From contig JAHPZI010000002.1 of assembly GCA_019058295.1 (NCBI GenBank), forward strand, positions 32,001 to 96,000: a stretch of 64,000 bases of DNA, given 5' to 3'. Position 1 is the first letter of the stretch. Each line of letters begins with the position of its first letter. Under the pieces are notes generated by a model. The model was not told where the DNA came from. It ran no database searches and saw only the letters and a program-made list of their open reading frames with translations. This stretch comes from Promethearchaeota archaeon. Its GTDB lineage: Archaea; Asgardarchaeota; Lokiarchaeia; Sigyniarchaeales; SOKP01. The translations under genes were made by a program, and so were the position numbers. Positions 60,659-64,000 of the stretch are shown here, piece after piece.

Positions 60659-61297
60659 ATGTCAAGAGAAGAAATTTTAGAAAAACTCAAGAATAGTGTT
60701 ATAGATTGCGATGAAGAGATTGCAAAGGAAGCTGCCAAAGAAGCTTTAGAGGCGGGAATCGATCCGATGGAGGCTTTAAAAGAGGGGCTTTATATGGGTT
60801 TGAAAGAAGTTTGCAACCAATATGAAGAAACTGTTTATATAACAGAAATGATATTTGCCTCAGATACATTTTATGCGGGTGCTAATATATTAAAAGCAAG
60901 TATAGATCCGGAAAAATTAAAAAAAAATAGAAAAGGTATTGCTGTGATTGGTGTTGTTGAAGGAGATATTCACGATCTTGGCAAAAATATGGTAAAATAT
61001 CTAATGGAAGCAGAAGGCTTTGAAGTTCATGATTTAGGATTTGATGTAAAAGCAGAGAGATTTATAGAAGAGGCAGAAAAATCTAACGCAGACCTCATCT
61101 TAATCTCATTGATGTTAAGTTCAATGTATCCAGAGATAAGTAAAATCGTCGGATTAGCAAAAGAAAAAGGTTTAAAAGCAAAAATAATGGCTGGTGGAGG
61201 ACCAGTTTCAGAAGGAATCGCTCAAAAATATGGCGCAGAGGGATGGGCTCTGACTGGTCCCTTAGCTGTTGAAAAAGCTTTAGACTTACTTAAATAG
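60659..61297 (+). CDS. Corrinoid protein 2
   Basis: GVVEGDIHDLGKN, DLGFDV, GGGP. Confidence 0.92.
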   Translation: MSREEILEKLKNSVIDCDEEIAKEAAKEALEAGIDPMEALKEGLYMGLKEVCNQYEETVYITEMIFASDTFYAGANILKASIDPEKLKKNRKGIAVIGVVEGDIHDLGKNMVKYLMEAEGFEVHDLGFDVKAERFIEEAEKSNADLILISLMLSSMYPEISKIVGLAKEKGLKAKIMAGGGPVSEGIAQKYGAEGWALTGPLAVEKALDLLK

Positions 61298-61337
61298 ATT
61301 TAATTTTATATATTTTTAATATTTTTTTTATAATAAA

Positions 61338-62765
61338 ATGGTTATAACTCCTACTAAAATTTATGAAGATTTTAAGAATAATATTTTAGATAAACATTCC
61401 GCTGTTGATATTTTAATCTCACTAATAGAAAATAGTAAAAATAATAACATAAGAACTGAAAGCGTTGGATTTATTGAAAAAATTGGATATAACCACGATA
61501 AAATCTTTAGACTTTTTGAAAACTTATTAATATCAGATTCGAATAAAGAAGTTAGAATTGCTGCTGCTAATGCAATATATAAAAATTTTTTAGATAAGGC
61601 ATTAAGCCCTATGATGTATTCAATTCTTAATGAATCATCATTAGAATGCTTGAATATAGTTAAAAATTCTTTAACCAATATAATAAAAACATTGTTAGAA
61701 AGAGATGATAATTTCTCTAAACCAATCCTAATTAAAGAAATAAAGAAGATATCTAATCAAAAATTTAACGATAACTTGTATGATCTGATTAAGGAAGGTC
61801 AAATTAAAGAATTTTCAAGGAATGAATTAGCTCAAGTGTTAATTGATTACATTACAATTTCATTATTAAAAAAACAATTCCAAAAATTAAATTTCGAGTT
61901 AGAAAATGGAACAGTTAAAAAATTAGATTTAAGATTTAGATATTATAACATATCCTCCGAGTTAATATCGCCTTCTTCTCCAGTAATAATTCCGATCTTC
62001 AAAAATGATGGATTAGATACTCAATCAGGGTCAATTAATCCTCTATCTTCTTGTACTGAACTACATTTAAGTTATAATTCTTTAAAAGAACTTCCTAATT
62101 GGATAAAATCCCTTTCTTCTCTTGAATCTCTATATTTACATGGAAATTACTTAACTAAGCTTCCAGATTGGATTGGTTCTATAAGCTCGCTTAAAACAAT
62201 TGGATTATCTAGAAATAAATTATTGTCGCTCCCTAAATCTTTATTGGATCTTAGCTTGCTTAAATATTTGGGATTAAGCAATAATAATCTTAAATATGTA
62301 CCCGAATGGTTAGGATCACATAATTCGCTTGAAAAATTATGGTTGGATAATAATCATATTTTATCCCTTCCTGAGTCGCTTAAATCGCTTTCTTCGCTAA
62401 AATCTCTCTATTTAGGAAATAATAATTTAAGGATCCTTCCCGAAATTTTTGAGTCATTTAAATCTCTTAAGGCTCTATGGCTGGAAGGGAATGACATAGA
62501 AAAACTCCCTGAATCAATAGGTTCTCTCTCTTCCCTTGAATATTTATATTTGAATGATAATAAAATAAATGAACTTCCAAAGTCAATTAGTAAGCTTTCT
62601 TCGTTGAAATACTTACATCTTAATAATAATATGCTGATGAAAATTCCTGAATCGTTAGAACATCTCTCATCACTTAAAGGATTATGGTTAAAGGGTAATA
62701 ATTTAAAGGAAATACCTGATTCTATAAAAAAATTGAGAGAGAGAGGGGTTTCAGTTCATATCTAA
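61338..62765 (+). CDS. HEAT-repeat plus leucine-rich repeat protein
   Basis: EVRIAAANAI HEAT-like segment; about ten 23-residue LxxLxLxxNxLxxLP repeats. Confidence 0.9.
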   Translation: MVITPTKIYEDFKNNILDKHSAVDILISLIENSKNNNIRTESVGFIEKIGYNHDKIFRLFENLLISDSNKEVRIAAANAIYKNFLDKALSPMMYSILNESSLECLNIVKNSLTNIIKTLLERDDNFSKPILIKEIKKISNQKFNDNLYDLIKEGQIKEFSRNELAQVLIDYITISLLKKQFQKLNFELENGTVKKLDLRFRYYNISSELISPSSPVIIPIFKNDGLDTQSGSINPLSSCTELHLSYNSLKELPNWIKSLSSLESLYLHGNYLTKLPDWIGSISSLKTIGLSRNKLLSLPKSLLDLSLLKYLGLSNNNLKYVPEWLGSHNSLEKLWLDNNHILSLPESLKSLSSLKSLYLGNNNLRILPEIFESFKSLKALWLEGNDIEKLPESIGSLSSLEYLYLNDNKINELPKSISKLSSLKYLHLNNNMLMKIPESLEHLSSLKGLWLKGNNLKEIPDSIKKLRERGVSVHI

Positions 62766-64000
62766 TCAAAAATTATAATATTTTTTGAGTAAATAATCGA
62801 TTTCCTCTTCATTTAGTTCAAATAATTGAAAAAATAATTTATCAATAATTTTTTGAATGAAATCTTTATTATTATACTCAAGAGCTACCTTAATATCTGC
62901 CATTAAATCTATTTGGTTAAAAATTGAAAAAAATCTTAAATTATTTAATTTTAAAATCAAGTGATTTAGATTGTGCTGTTCAGAGGAACGATCTAGTTCA
63001 ATTAAACAGGAGATAAGGAATTTAATTACAGATAAAATCGCTAAATCTTCCTCAGACTGAAATTTTTCCATATTTGGTATAGGTAATCCATATTCAAGTT
63101 TTGTTTTGCTTCTTTTAATTTGAATGTTTTTTGCTTTAAATAGAAAGTGAACAAGTTTGGAATTTAAATAGGCCAGGATAAATCTATAGTTTACTTTTTC
63201 TTCCAAAATTCTTGGCCACAGAAAATATGTATCTGAGGTGGCAAAATAAGGAGAATTTGAAAATCCAAATATGTTTTTAGTTGAGATATATTTTAAAAAG
63301 ATTTTTTTACTATTCTCATATAAAGGTTCGAGATCTATTATTTTATCTTTAAAATCTTCTTCTAACCTTCTAATAAAAGTACCTCGTCTTGGAAAATAAA
63401 AATCTTCAGGATTTTCTTTTGCGTTTATTAATATTTCTCGTAATTCTTTTTCAAACTGTTTTAAATATGATGTAAGAACAGGATATTTTTTATCATATAA
63501 TTGATTTCGTTCATGTTCTTCATGATAAGGGAATTCATTTTTATTAAAATAAATTGCATATCCATCGTTATCATTCTGATTATATCCATAATGCTTTATA
63601 GATTTACTCTTGTATATTTTTTTAAGCCTATTTTTTTCTATTTCAGAAAGTTTTAAATAATGATTATTTATTTTAACGAAATATTCGTCATTTTCAATTT
63701 TTAAGTTATTTTCCTTGGTTAAAATAAAGATTTTATCCTTTATGAAGATTAAACCATTGCGAATTATAAAATAATCTCTTAATAAAGAAAGTTCTCCTTT
63801 AATGGAACAAAAATTTTCAATTTTATTAACAATTTCTTTAACTTCTTGAGGATAAATCAGATTCCAACTACCTTCTCTTTTCAAATCCCTATTAGTTGAA
63901 GCAGATTTATATCTCAATATATCATTAGATTCAGCGTTCTGGAGTAAATCCATAAAAATTTTCTTATTAAAGAGTTCATCTGATAGATTAGAGTTCTTTC
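62766..64000 (-). CDS. C-terminal part of a probable type II/IIG restriction-modification methyltransferase (TaqI-C-like specificity region), truncated by the window edge
   Basis: Frame is open to the window end; YPVLTSYL, FILAYLNSKL, LPIP and IDKLFFQLFELNEEEI patterns. Confidence 0.65.
   Translation of the reverse strand, partial: KNSNLSDELFNKKIFMDLLQNAESNDILRYKSASTNRDLKREGSWNLIYPQEVKEIVNKIENFCSIKGELSLLRDYFIIRNGLIFIKDKIFILTKENNLKIENDEYFVKINNHYLKLSEIEKNRLKKIYKSKSIKHYGYNQNDNDGYAIYFNKNEFPYHEEHERNQLYDKKYPVLTSYLKQFEKELREILINAKENPEDFYFPRRGTFIRRLEEDFKDKIIDLEPLYENSKKIFLKYISTKNIFGFSNSPYFATSDTYFLWPRILEEKVNYRFILAYLNSKLVHFLFKAKNIQIKRSKTKLEYGLPIPNMEKFQSEEDLAILSVIKFLISCLIELDRSSEQHNLNHLILKLNNLRFFSIFNQIDLMADIKVALEYNNKDFIQKIIDKLFFQLFELNEEEIDYLLKKYYNF

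Noticed and set aside
62040-62720. Periodic DNA similarity suggesting a repeat array or CRISPR
   Set aside because: The 69-nt period is the LRR coding repeat. No CRISPR array, cas gene, transposase or integrase was seen in the window.

Overview
AT-rich archaeal chromosomal segment, most likely from an Asgard archaeon of the Lokiarchaeia type. This placement is an inference from the intron-containing archaeal tRNA, CDC48, CdhD, a Rab-like GTPase, a HEAT/LRR protein and the general gene style. The window is mostly metabolic: leuCD, dapF-lysA-dapB-dapA, argG, an acyl-CoA synthetase, a sulfatase, cdhD, a polyferredoxin and a core-MetE. It also holds a two-component pair, an Hsp20-CDC48-ArsR operon, an ABC exporter, and a cluster of two glycyl-radical enzymes with corrinoid methyltransferase genes. 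The strongest hidden signal is a 30-nt bulge-helix-bulge (BHB) intron inside the protein-coding gene argG (23238-23267, minus strand). It carries an in-frame UGA, and removing it at the canonical BHB cut sites exactly restores the SGGLDTS motif. Other unannotated signals: a probable box C/D guide sRNA between lysA and dapB, a duplicated LysR-type operator over a DsrE-TusA-double-cubane reductase module, a TetR operator shared by two putative C-C hydrolases, a 120-bp direct repeat, an in-frame TAG splitting a large surface protein gene, and two genes that appear to start at ATT/ATA. No database searches were run; family calls rest on motif recognition.
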